In this document: one piece after another, positions 20,771-28,656 of the stretch
Position numbering within the stretch: position 1 is the stretch's first letter
How the letters are laid out: every line of letters starts with the position of its first letter
NCBI GenBank assembly: GCA_965140585.1
Contig: OZ223270.1
Span: forward strand, 512,001 to 576,000
From: Spirochaetia bacterium
GTDB lineage: Bacteria; Spirochaetota; Spirochaetia; UBA9216
Reading direction: 5' to 3'
DNA: 64,000 nt
Notes under the pieces: model-generated
The model's database searches: none
The model's input: the letters and a program-made list of their open reading frames with translations, nothing else
What the model was told of the DNA's origin: nothing
Made by a program: the position numbers and the translations under genes

Positions 20771-21694
20771 TCAGCAGCTGCAGCAGAGATTGGCTGCAGC
20801 AATATTTTTTTTAAGCGCTAGTCTGCCCAGATCGCCACCGGCGTCTTTTGCAACAATTTCGCATTTTATCCTGAAAAGAAAATATGTCAATGGCAGCGCT
20901 TCACCGAAAAGGGTTTCGTAGTTACCCTGGCCCTTGCTTATAACCAGATCCGCATTATCAAGTGCTGATTTAAACTCGGCTGATGTTTTTGAAAGGACGG
21001 TCCCCGCTGCAGCACATCCGGAATTTATTACTCTGCAGAGTTCTGTTATCCCGCTTGTTTCAGCATCTTCTTCAAGTACATCGTTTAATGCAGGACCGCC
21101 TCTTACAACAAAGGTTATCCTCTTCTCCGGAAATTCCCTAAGTATTTCTTCAATAAACAAACGATCAAATACTATTTCACCGGCATTATCACCAAGATAA
21201 ACAAGGTTTTCAGCTTCTTTCAATGAGGAATAGAAAGAATTGAACTGAAAAATATCATCATCACTGGCCGTTCCATTTTCCAGGTTTTTTAATACCGGTT
21301 TGGAAAGTATTTCATCCAGAGCGTCCTTAATGTTAAGGTTGGCGTTCACTCCGAAATCAATCAGATTACCTGCAATAGCAAGGCTGAGCGCCTCCTGCAG
21401 AGGATGTGCTGATAGATTAATCCTTTTCTTCAAATCGGGAACAAGGCTTAATGCCGCCATATTGCTTTTCCGTTTTATCTCCATATAGGGATCCCGGATT
21501 CCGGAATAGCTGTGAATAATTGAAGTCATTCTTGCGGCCATCTCTACCGGTGTGATCGGCTTAATCGCATCAGGGATTTCTCTAATCAGCTGGTAAAAAC
21601 CTTTTTCAAGAACATCCTCTTCCAGCCCGCTTAGACGGGAAATTTTAAGATACTGGGATAGAAGACATACAGTACAGTCTGGTTTTGCTTTCAT
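20771..21694 (-). CDS. DUF89 / ARMT1-like damage-control phosphatase
   Basis: CxxC N-terminus, DPY, IAGNLID, DNAGEIVFD, NDV and SKGQGNYE motifs. Confidence 0.9.
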   Translation of the reverse strand: MKAKPDCTVCLLSQYLKISRLSGLEEDVLEKGFYQLIREIPDAIKPITPVEMAARMTSIIHSYSGIRDPYMEIKRKSNMAALSLVPDLKKRINLSAHPLQEALSLAIAGNLIDFGVNANLNIKDALDEILSKPVLKNLENGTASDDDIFQFNSFYSSLKEAENLVYLGDNAGEIVFDRLFIEEILREFPEKRITFVVRGGPALNDVLEEDAETSGITELCRVINSGCAAAGTVLSKTSAEFKSALDNADLVISKGQGNYETLFGEALPLTYFLFRIKCEIVAKDAGGDLGRLALKKNIAAANLCCSC

Positions 21695-21703
21695 AATAAA
21701 GTG

Positions 21704-21732
21704 ATGTTAGCCTATCCTAACCTAAAATTCAA
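21704..21732 (-). promoter_or_regulatory. DUF89 gene promoter overlapped by a DtxR/MntR-like operator
   Basis: Minus strand TTGAAT-N17-TAACAT; TTAGGTTAGGATAGGCTAA (21725-21707) overlaps the spacer and -10. Confidence 0.55.
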
Positions 21733-21792
21733 GAAGGCCTGTACTTATGGGCTAATCTTGCGTTGTTTTTCTTTATAGGTTAATCTTGATAT

Positions 21793-22539
21793 ATGATAAT
21801 AATTCCCGCAATAGATTTAATAGACGGCAAATGTGTAAGACTTTATAAAGGAAATTATGACAGCTCAACTGTCTATAATGAAGATCCTGTAGAAACCGCC
21901 AAAGAATTTGAACAGGCCGGTGCCGTCAGGATTCATATAGTCGATCTGGACGCGGCCAGGGGCGGCTCCAACAATAGAGATATAATAAAAAGAATAAAGA
22001 AGGAAGTTTCCTGCACGGTTGAAACCGGCGGCGGTATAAGAACTGAAGATGATATCAAAGAACTGATTGACTGCGGTATAGATCGGATGATTGCCGGAAC
22101 GGTTTTCGCCAAAACTCCGGAAGTTGTTGCCGGATGGATTGAAACCTACGGTAAGAAGTTCATAGCCGGTATTGATGCTCTTAACGGTGAAGTCCGTGTT
22201 TCCGGCTGGGAGAAGGGTTCAGGTGTTTCGGACACTGAACTGTCCAGAAAGGCCGCCGAAATAGGAATAATCAGTATTATCTACACAAACATCGCTAAGG
22301 ACGGAACCCTCAGCGGACCGGATCTTGAAAACACTATAAGAATAACAAAAGAATCCGGACTGCCCTCAATTCTTTCCGGTGGAATAAGCAGCATTGATGA
22401 TCTGAGGGCTGTAGCGGAGAACAGTGAAGCATCCGGAATCCGCGGAATAATTACAGGAAAGGCTCTTTATGAAGGGCGTCTTGATCTGGTACAGGCTATA
22501 AAAGAATACCAGGATGAAGACTCAGATACAGGATGGTAG
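21793..22539 (+). CDS. hisA: ProFAR isomerase
   Basis: IPAIDLIDGKCVRL, HIVDLD, GGGIR, DGTLSGPD and SGGISS motifs. Confidence 0.95.
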   Translation: MIIIPAIDLIDGKCVRLYKGNYDSSTVYNEDPVETAKEFEQAGAVRIHIVDLDAARGGSNNRDIIKRIKKEVSCTVETGGGIRTEDDIKELIDCGIDRMIAGTVFAKTPEVVAGWIETYGKKFIAGIDALNGEVRVSGWEKGSGVSDTELSRKAAEIGIISIIYTNIAKDGTLSGPDLENTIRITKESGLPSILSGGISSIDDLRAVAENSEASGIRGIITGKALYEGRLDLVQAIKEYQDEDSDTGW

Positions 22540-22545
22540 GAATTA

Positions 22546-23094
22546 ATGGAAGATAAGGTAAAACCATATATTATTTTAAAAACAGGCGGAGGGTTGCTTA
22601 CAGTCCTTCAGACAAATCAAAAGGGCTATAAAAAAAGCATAGAAAATAATCAAATATGGGCTGTTAACCCCGAAACAGAAAGGCTTCTGCCTGAAGATCT
22701 GGGCGGCAGGCCCACGGGATTCCGGGAACGGGACGGCTGGTATGAGGCCGACTACAGTATAGCTGTTTCTGAAGATGCTGCTGATACAGCTTCAGCAATT
22801 GAGGCCGGTCCTGTTGCTGAAGATGATTATTCATTTCTTGCAAGGCTTTTTGCCCTGATAAGTAAGAGAAAGCAGGAACTTCCTGAAGGTTCATATACAA
22901 CGCATCTCTTCACATCCGGTGAAGAAAAAATCAGAAAAAAAACCGGAGAAGAGGCTGTTGAGCTTCTGCTGGCCCGCAGCCGGGAAGATATAATCTATGA
23001 ATCAGCAGATCTCGTATATCACATGATGGTTTTTCTTGCAGAAAAAGGAATTGGTTTTGATGAAATTGTTTCCGAGCTTCAGAGCCGGGAATAG
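22546..23094 (+). CDS. hisE: Phosphoribosyl-ATP diphosphatase with degenerate HisI-like N-terminal domain
   Basis: PEGSYT, KKTGEEAVE and ESADLVYH motifs in the C-terminal half. Confidence 0.88.
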   Translation: MEDKVKPYIILKTGGGLLTVLQTNQKGYKKSIENNQIWAVNPETERLLPEDLGGRPTGFRERDGWYEADYSIAVSEDAADTASAIEAGPVAEDDYSFLARLFALISKRKQELPEGSYTTHLFTSGEEKIRKKTGEEAVELLLARSREDIIYESADLVYHMMVFLAEKGIGFDEIVSELQSRE

Positions 23095-23103
23095 GGAGGA
23101 AGG

Positions 23104-23994
23104 ATGAAATTAGGGACGATGGAATGGGATTATAAAAATAATCCGCTTCTGGCTGATGGAGCCTGGGGTACTGAACTTATAAAAAGAGGACTTGAGCAGG
23201 GCAACTGTCCAGAAGAATGGAATGTAATCAGGCCTGATGATGTGAAATCAATAGCGGAAGCATATGCGAAGGCCGGCAGCAACATTGTACTGACCAATAC
23301 ATTCGGCGGAAACCGCATAAAGCTGGAGCACTACGGATTTGCAGATCGTGTCCGGGAATTCAATATTGCCGGTGCGGAACTCTCAAAAGCCGGAGCAGGC
23401 GAGGGCGTCCTGATTGCCGGAGATATCAGTTCAACAGGAAAGATGCTGGTAATGGGAGAGGTTACTTCCGAACAGCTTTATGAGGTTTATGCCGAGCAGA
23501 CCCTTGCTCTTAAAGAAGGCGGAGTAGATCTGATACTCGTTGAAACGATGACTGATATGGATGAAATGGCAATTGCCGTAAAGGCCGCTGCAACCGAGAC
23601 CGGACTTCCGGTAATCTCTTCAATGACTTATGAAAAAATGAAGGACGGTACATACCGTACAATTATGGGAAATACAGCGGAAGCCTGTGTAAGGGCAGCG
23701 GCTGAAGCGGGTGCCGTTATTGCCGGTGCCAATTGCGGCAGCGGAATAAATGAGTATGTGGAACTGGCAAAGACTCTCTGCGAACTCAACATTCTTCCTG
23801 TCTGGATCAAGGCAAACGCCGGTCTGCCTGAGATGACTGAAAACGGTGTTGTTTACCGGATGAATACAGCAGATTTTGCCTCCTATATACCAGAACTATT
23901 GGAAGCCGGTGTTGCGGTTGTCGGCGGATGCTGCGGAACCACTCCGGAGTTCATCAAAGAGGTTAAATCGGTACTGGAGAAACATGCAAAGTAA
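23104..23994 (+). CDS. Homocysteine S-methyltransferase family protein (stand-alone Hcy-binding domain)
   Basis: DGAWGT, TNTFG, GANC, NAGLP and GGCCGT motifs. Confidence 0.9.
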   Translation: MKLGTMEWDYKNNPLLADGAWGTELIKRGLEQGNCPEEWNVIRPDDVKSIAEAYAKAGSNIVLTNTFGGNRIKLEHYGFADRVREFNIAGAELSKAGAGEGVLIAGDISSTGKMLVMGEVTSEQLYEVYAEQTLALKEGGVDLILVETMTDMDEMAIAVKAAATETGLPVISSMTYEKMKDGTYRTIMGNTAEACVRAAAEAGAVIAGANCGSGINEYVELAKTLCELNILPVWIKANAGLPEMTENGVVYRMNTADFASYIPELLEAGVAVVGGCCGTTPEFIKEVKSVLEKHAK

Positions 23995-25861
23995 ATATCT
24001 GGAACGGCTTAAAAACGGAATGGTTCTCTTTGACAGCGCAATGGGGACCGCCCTTTATGAAAAAGGAGTTTTCATTAACCGCTGTTTTGAAGAAATAAAT
24101 GTAACAAACCCGGAAAAGGTTCTGGAAATACATCTGAATAACCTTGAAGCCGGAGCACAGCTTCTTACTGTTAATTCCTTCGGTGCAAACTCTGTAAAAC
24201 TCGGCGGCTATAACATGGCTGAAAGAACCGAGGAGTTTAACAGGGCCGCAGTCGGTATAGCAAAAGAGGCTATTGCTAAAAGCGGGATGGAGGATATCCT
24301 TATCGCCGGTTCTGTCGGCCCTCTGGGAAAGAGGATTGAGCCCTTCGGAAAGATGAAGAGGGAAGAAGCCTCAAAGGTTTTTATGGAGCAGATTTCTTAT
24401 CTTTGCGATGCGGGAGTTGATCTTATCCTGCTTGAAACCTTCAGGGATATGGAAGAGCTGCTGCTGGCCGCAGCTGCTGCCCGTGCTGTTTCTATGGATG
24501 TTGCTGTCGAAGCACATTACAGCATGGGCCCTCCGTCAGGACATACCTCAGGAGGAGTTCTTGAAGACTACTCAACTGTCTATCTGAAGAAAGCTCTTGA
24601 GAAGGCGATAAGGCTTGATAACTGCCCGGATGTTGATGTAATAGGAACAAACTGCGGAGTAGGGCCCGCTGATATGCTTGAGATTCTCAATGCTGTCCGG
24701 ACTCATGTCAAAAAACCCTTTGTTGTCATGCCCAATGCAGGCTTTCCCCGTGATGTGGACGGACGGCAGATTTATCTGGCCGACCCGGACTACTTCTCTG
24801 AATATGCGCTTAAATTCCTTGATGCCGGAGCTGCTGCGGTAGGCGGATGCTGCGGAACAACTCATGAACATATTAGAAAGATGGGAAAGGCCGTCCTGAA
24901 CCTATCATCAGGGCGAAAGGCTTTTGCTTTCCAGCAGGTTGAAGAGTCTGCTCATGCTGAAGAACCCACCCCGCTGGGCGAGCGTTCCAAACTTGGCGCA
25001 AGGCTTGCCGCAGGTGAATGGGTTACTACAATTGAACTGATTCCGCCGATGGGAATTGATCTTACCCGGATAATTGATAGAACAAAGTCGCTGGCATTGC
25101 CGGAGGTTACCTGTGTTAACCTCCCCGACGGACCCCGTGCTTCCTCAAGAATATCTTCAATAATTACTACATTGGAGATTCTCAGAAATACAGATGTCGA
25201 ACCCATTCTGCATTACTGCTGCCGTGATAAAAACCTGATTGCAATGCAGGCGGATCTGCTCGGCTGTGAGTCGGTCGGCATTAAGAACCTTCTTATCGTT
25301 ACCGGGGATCCTCCAAAGGTGGGAAACTACCCGGATGTAACAGGTGTATTTGATGTTGATGCCATCGGGCTTCTGAGTCTTGCCTCACGGCTGAACACCG
25401 GAATAGACCTGGGCGGAACTCCGCTTGGCGGTAAGACTTCCTTTGTGAAGGGCGCGGGTGTAAACCCTGCTTCTGTTGCTCTGGATGTTGAGATTGAGCG
25501 TGCGTTCAGGAAAGCCGAAGCCGGTGCCGAGTATTTTATTACCCAGCCGGTTTTTGAAACTGATTTGATTCTGAATTTCATTGATTCGGTAAAGGATACC
25601 GGAGTTCCGGTAATCGTCGGAGTATGGCCGCTTGCGTCATACCGAAATGCACTCTTCCTGAATAACGAGGTTCCGGGAGTAAGCATTCCGGAACCAATCA
25701 TGAAACGAATGGAAGAACGTCCTGATAAGGAAACGGCAAGAGCCGAGGGTGTAAAGATTGCAAGAGAAATTGTTGATGCAGTTCGTGCCTCCTCTGCCGG
25801 AATTCAGGTAAGTCCTCCCTTTGGAAATATACAGACTGCTCTAGATGTAATCAGAGATTAA
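23984..25861 (+). CDS. yitJ: Bifunctional homocysteine S-methyltransferase / methylenetetrahydrofolate reductase (YitJ-type)
   Basis: Hcy-MT domain (GTNC, PNAG, GGCCGT) fused to MTHFR domain (HYCCRDKN, TGDPP, TQPVF); start moved to ATG 23984. Confidence 0.9.
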   Translation: MQSKYLERLKNGMVLFDSAMGTALYEKGVFINRCFEEINVTNPEKVLEIHLNNLEAGAQLLTVNSFGANSVKLGGYNMAERTEEFNRAAVGIAKEAIAKSGMEDILIAGSVGPLGKRIEPFGKMKREEASKVFMEQISYLCDAGVDLILLETFRDMEELLLAAAAARAVSMDVAVEAHYSMGPPSGHTSGGVLEDYSTVYLKKALEKAIRLDNCPDVDVIGTNCGVGPADMLEILNAVRTHVKKPFVVMPNAGFPRDVDGRQIYLADPDYFSEYALKFLDAGAAAVGGCCGTTHEHIRKMGKAVLNLSSGRKAFAFQQVEESAHAEEPTPLGERSKLGARLAAGEWVTTIELIPPMGIDLTRIIDRTKSLALPEVTCVNLPDGPRASSRISSIITTLEILRNTDVEPILHYCCRDKNLIAMQADLLGCESVGIKNLLIVTGDPPKVGNYPDVTGVFDVDAIGLLSLASRLNTGIDLGGTPLGGKTSFVKGAGVNPASVALDVEIERAFRKAEAGAEYFITQPVFETDLILNFIDSVKDTGVPVIVGVWPLASYRNALFLNNEVPGVSIPEPIMKRMEERPDKETARAEGVKIAREIVDAVRASSAGIQVSPPFGNIQTALDVIRD

Positions 25862-25877
25862 AGAATAGGAGTTGTGT

Positions 25878-26330
25878 ATGAAAACAAAGCAGAATATCAG
25901 CCTGCAGGAAATCACGGAAGATACTTTATCGGATATTCTTTCACTTGAAGTAAATGAAGCCCAGCAGCATCTGATCACAAGTAATGCTAAATCCATTGCC
26001 CAGGCCCACTTTTCCAGGTATTCCTGGATGAGAGCAGTCTATGCCGGTGAAGTAGCGGTCGGTTTTATCCTGCTCTATCTTGAACCTAATAAGCCCAGAT
26101 ATGAAATCTGGAGGTTTATGATAGACAAGGATTACCAGGGCCTTGGTTACGGACAGATTGCAATGGAGCTGGTTATTGAGTTTGTGAAGGATTTACCAGG
26201 CTGTACCGAAATCAATCTCTGCTATGTTCCTGAAAAGGGCAACTCTTCCGGCTTTTTTAAGAAGCTCGGCTTTGTTGATTCCGGAGAATTTCACGGAAAT
26301 GAAAAAGAAATGAAACTGGAACTTCTTTGA
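25878..26330 (+). CDS. GNAT N-acetyltransferase (BltD/spermidine acetyltransferase-like)
   Basis: RFMIDKDYQGLGYG motif A; FFKKLGF. Confidence 0.85.
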   Translation: MKTKQNISLQEITEDTLSDILSLEVNEAQQHLITSNAKSIAQAHFSRYSWMRAVYAGEVAVGFILLYLEPNKPRYEIWRFMIDKDYQGLGYGQIAMELVIEFVKDLPGCTEINLCYVPEKGNSSGFFKKLGFVDSGEFHGNEKEMKLELL

Positions 26331-26809
26331 AAAAGCTCGTTCTTATCCGTCATGCCTCCGCTGTGGATTACAGCACTGACGGTGATTTCGGGCGAATCCT
26401 TAAAAAGAAGGGAATAAGGCAGGCTGAAAAGCTTGCCCTGTACTTTTCGGAAAATAATATCTGCTGCGACCTCTTTGTTTCCAGTAATGCTGCCAGAGCA
26501 AGGGAAACTGCAGAAATTGTTTTTAATTCAATAGCCCGGGGCTGCGGTCTGCAGACCATGCATCTTTCCGAAGCGCTTTACCTGCCTTCCGCCGGTCAGC
26601 TTTTCGATTTTATTAATGAACTGGATGGCGACCCGGACAGTATTTTTCTTTGTTCACACAATAACGGAATAAGTGATTTCGCGCAGATTACCTGCTCAAA
26701 AGCGGGCATTATGATGCTGACAGGATCTGCTGTTATAATAGAATGTGACATTGAAAACTGGCAGAAGCTTGAACCTGGAAAGGGGCGTCTGCTGGAATTT
26801 ATCTCCTGA
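26327..26809 (+). CDS. SixA-like histidine phosphatase
   Basis: LIRHA, SS.A.RA.ETA and SHNNG motifs. Confidence 0.85.
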   Translation: MKKLVLIRHASAVDYSTDGDFGRILKKKGIRQAEKLALYFSENNICCDLFVSSNAARARETAEIVFNSIARGCGLQTMHLSEALYLPSAGQLFDFINELDGDPDSIFLCSHNNGISDFAQITCSKAGIMMLTGSAVIIECDIENWQKLEPGKGRLLEFIS

Positions 26810-26878
26810 ATTAATAAAATCAGCTCTGCATTGCGTTAGCAATGCAAAAATAGAACTTTAAAAAACATATTGCGCTGT

Positions 26879-27787
26879 TTAAAGCTCTATTACATTACCT
26901 TCCCTGGCCAGATCTATTTTCATGCTGTAGTTTTGATATTTCTTCCGGTATAAATCAAGCAGCCCTTCAAGGTTTTCATCGTCCCTCTCCATAGCATGAT
27001 GGAATAGAAACAGTTTCTTTACATCATTATCACCGGCATTTTTAATCGTCCATTCAAAAGAGGAGTGTCCCCAGCCTTTAAAGTTCTTTATCAGTTCATC
27101 CTGGGTGTACTGGCTGTCGTGTACAAGAACATCTGAGCCGGCATAGAAGTCGCACAATTCCTGGTTGGCCTCATCTGCAGCAAGCCGACCTTCTTCAGCA
27201 GCCATCTCATCATAGGACGGGTCTTCCGGATCTTCTGGAAAAAGATTGAAAAAAGGCTCGGTGTCATATGCTGTCGTAAAGGATTTTCCTTCATATTCGA
27301 AGCGGTAGCCAAGGGTAAGTATAGGATGATTGAGGTAATGAGTTTTTAATATCAGACCGTCGCCGAGGTCTATAACACCCTGCTGCAGATGGTGATATTT
27401 GATTGTTGCGCTCAACTCGGAGTGTTTAACCGGAAAATACCTGTATGAGAACTGATCAGAAATAATCTTCTCAAGGCCTTCCTCCTCATAAGTTACAGGT
27501 CCGTATATATCAATATTAATGCCTTTAATGTAAATAGGAGTGAAGTAGGGCAGGCCCATTATATGATCTGAATGTGTATGTGTAAGAAAAATGCGAATGT
27601 TCTTTGGACAGCCGTTTTTCATCAGCTGATTTCCAAGAAGGCGAATTCCTGAGCCGGCATCGATGATTATCAGTTCATCCCTGTCTCCGTATCTGAATTC
27701 TATACAGGCGGTGTTCCCCCCGATTCTAACTGTCCCGGGTCCCGGGCAGGGTGTGGAGCCTCTTACTCCCCAGAAACGGATTTTCAT
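26879..27787 (-). CDS. MBL-fold metallohydrolase
   Basis: FWGVRGS, GGNTAC, DAGSG, THTHSDH, DTE, WGHSS and FHH motifs. Confidence 0.9.
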   Translation of the reverse strand: MKIRFWGVRGSTPCPGPGTVRIGGNTACIEFRYGDRDELIIIDAGSGIRLLGNQLMKNGCPKNIRIFLTHTHSDHIMGLPYFTPIYIKGINIDIYGPVTYEEEGLEKIISDQFSYRYFPVKHSELSATIKYHHLQQGVIDLGDGLILKTHYLNHPILTLGYRFEYEGKSFTTAYDTEPFFNLFPEDPEDPSYDEMAAEEGRLAADEANQELCDFYAGSDVLVHDSQYTQDELIKNFKGWGHSSFEWTIKNAGDNDVKKLFLFHHAMERDDENLEGLLDLYRKKYQNYSMKIDLAREGNVIEL

Positions 27788-27801
27788 CTAAAACCTCCGG
27801 A

Positions 27802-28656
27802 TTATTGGGAGAGCTTAAGGAAAACTCTCGCCTTATCAATTTCCGCCTTTATTTCATCCTGAAGCGGTTCAATCTCATCAAACTGTATGCCCAGCTGATT
27901 ATATATTTCGGGTGCCGGTTCTACAGGGTGCCGGTTACCGGCGAATCCGCGTTCGAAATACAGAGAGGCAAAATCGGCGATAGATACAGCGTATACTACC
28001 TTTTTATGTTCACCATCATATTCACTGGAATTATGATGATATCTGGTTGCGTCCGCTATTCCGCCTTCAATTTTCCATGCGGATGAAATCATCTCGCCGG
28101 TTTCCTGATGGTCAAAGCCGAAAAGACTCATCTCAATCATGTGAAGTGAGGTTTTTTCCATATCTGATTTTGAAATGGCAGCGAGGTATTCATCAGGAAA
28201 ACATCGGGTGATTGGTATCTTTCCTATATCATGCAGAAGTCCTGCAATGAAGTATTCTTCGAGGGTCTTCGGATCTGCTTTAATCTTTTTTGCTATCAGC
28301 TTGGAAATAACACCGGTACAGAGTGAATGCTCCCAAAAACCGTCCATATCAATAGGACCCTGAGGACCTTTTGATGACATGTTTGCAAGTATTGCTGTAC
28401 TCAATGCAAGATTTTTAACCGTGTTAAGACCCAGCAGGATGATTGCTCTTACAAGGGAGTTGATCTTGTTCGGCCGGCTGTAATAGGCTGAATTAATCAG
28501 CTGCATTACTTTGCCCATAAGAACCGGATCCATGCTGATTATTTTATTCAGATCCGCAGGTGATGCTTTGGGATCATTGCAGACTTCCATTACCCTGGTT
28601 ACTGTTGCCGGGAGGCTCGGCATTTTATTTATATAATTGGTAATTTTATTCTTCAT
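27802..28656 (-). CDS. HDOD domain protein
   Basis: MPSLP, DPVL...INSAYY, FWEHS, AGLLHDIGK and DHQETG motifs; start placed at the ATG after GGGAG. Confidence 0.9.
   Translation of the reverse strand: MKNKITNYINKMPSLPATVTRVMEVCNDPKASPADLNKIISMDPVLMGKVMQLINSAYYSRPNKINSLVRAIILLGLNTVKNLALSTAILANMSSKGPQGPIDMDGFWEHSLCTGVISKLIAKKIKADPKTLEEYFIAGLLHDIGKIPITRCFPDEYLAAISKSDMEKTSLHMIEMSLFGFDHQETGEMISSAWKIEGGIADATRYHHNSSEYDGEHKKVVYAVSIADFASLYFERGFAGNRHPVEPAPEIYNQLGIQFDEIEPLQDEIKAEIDKARVFLKLSQ

Noticed and set aside
26827-26846. TGCATTGC-GTTA-GCAATGCA hairpin as a regulatory element
   Set aside because: Lies between convergent genes and lacks a properly placed U-tract; probably a weak terminator or stability hairpin
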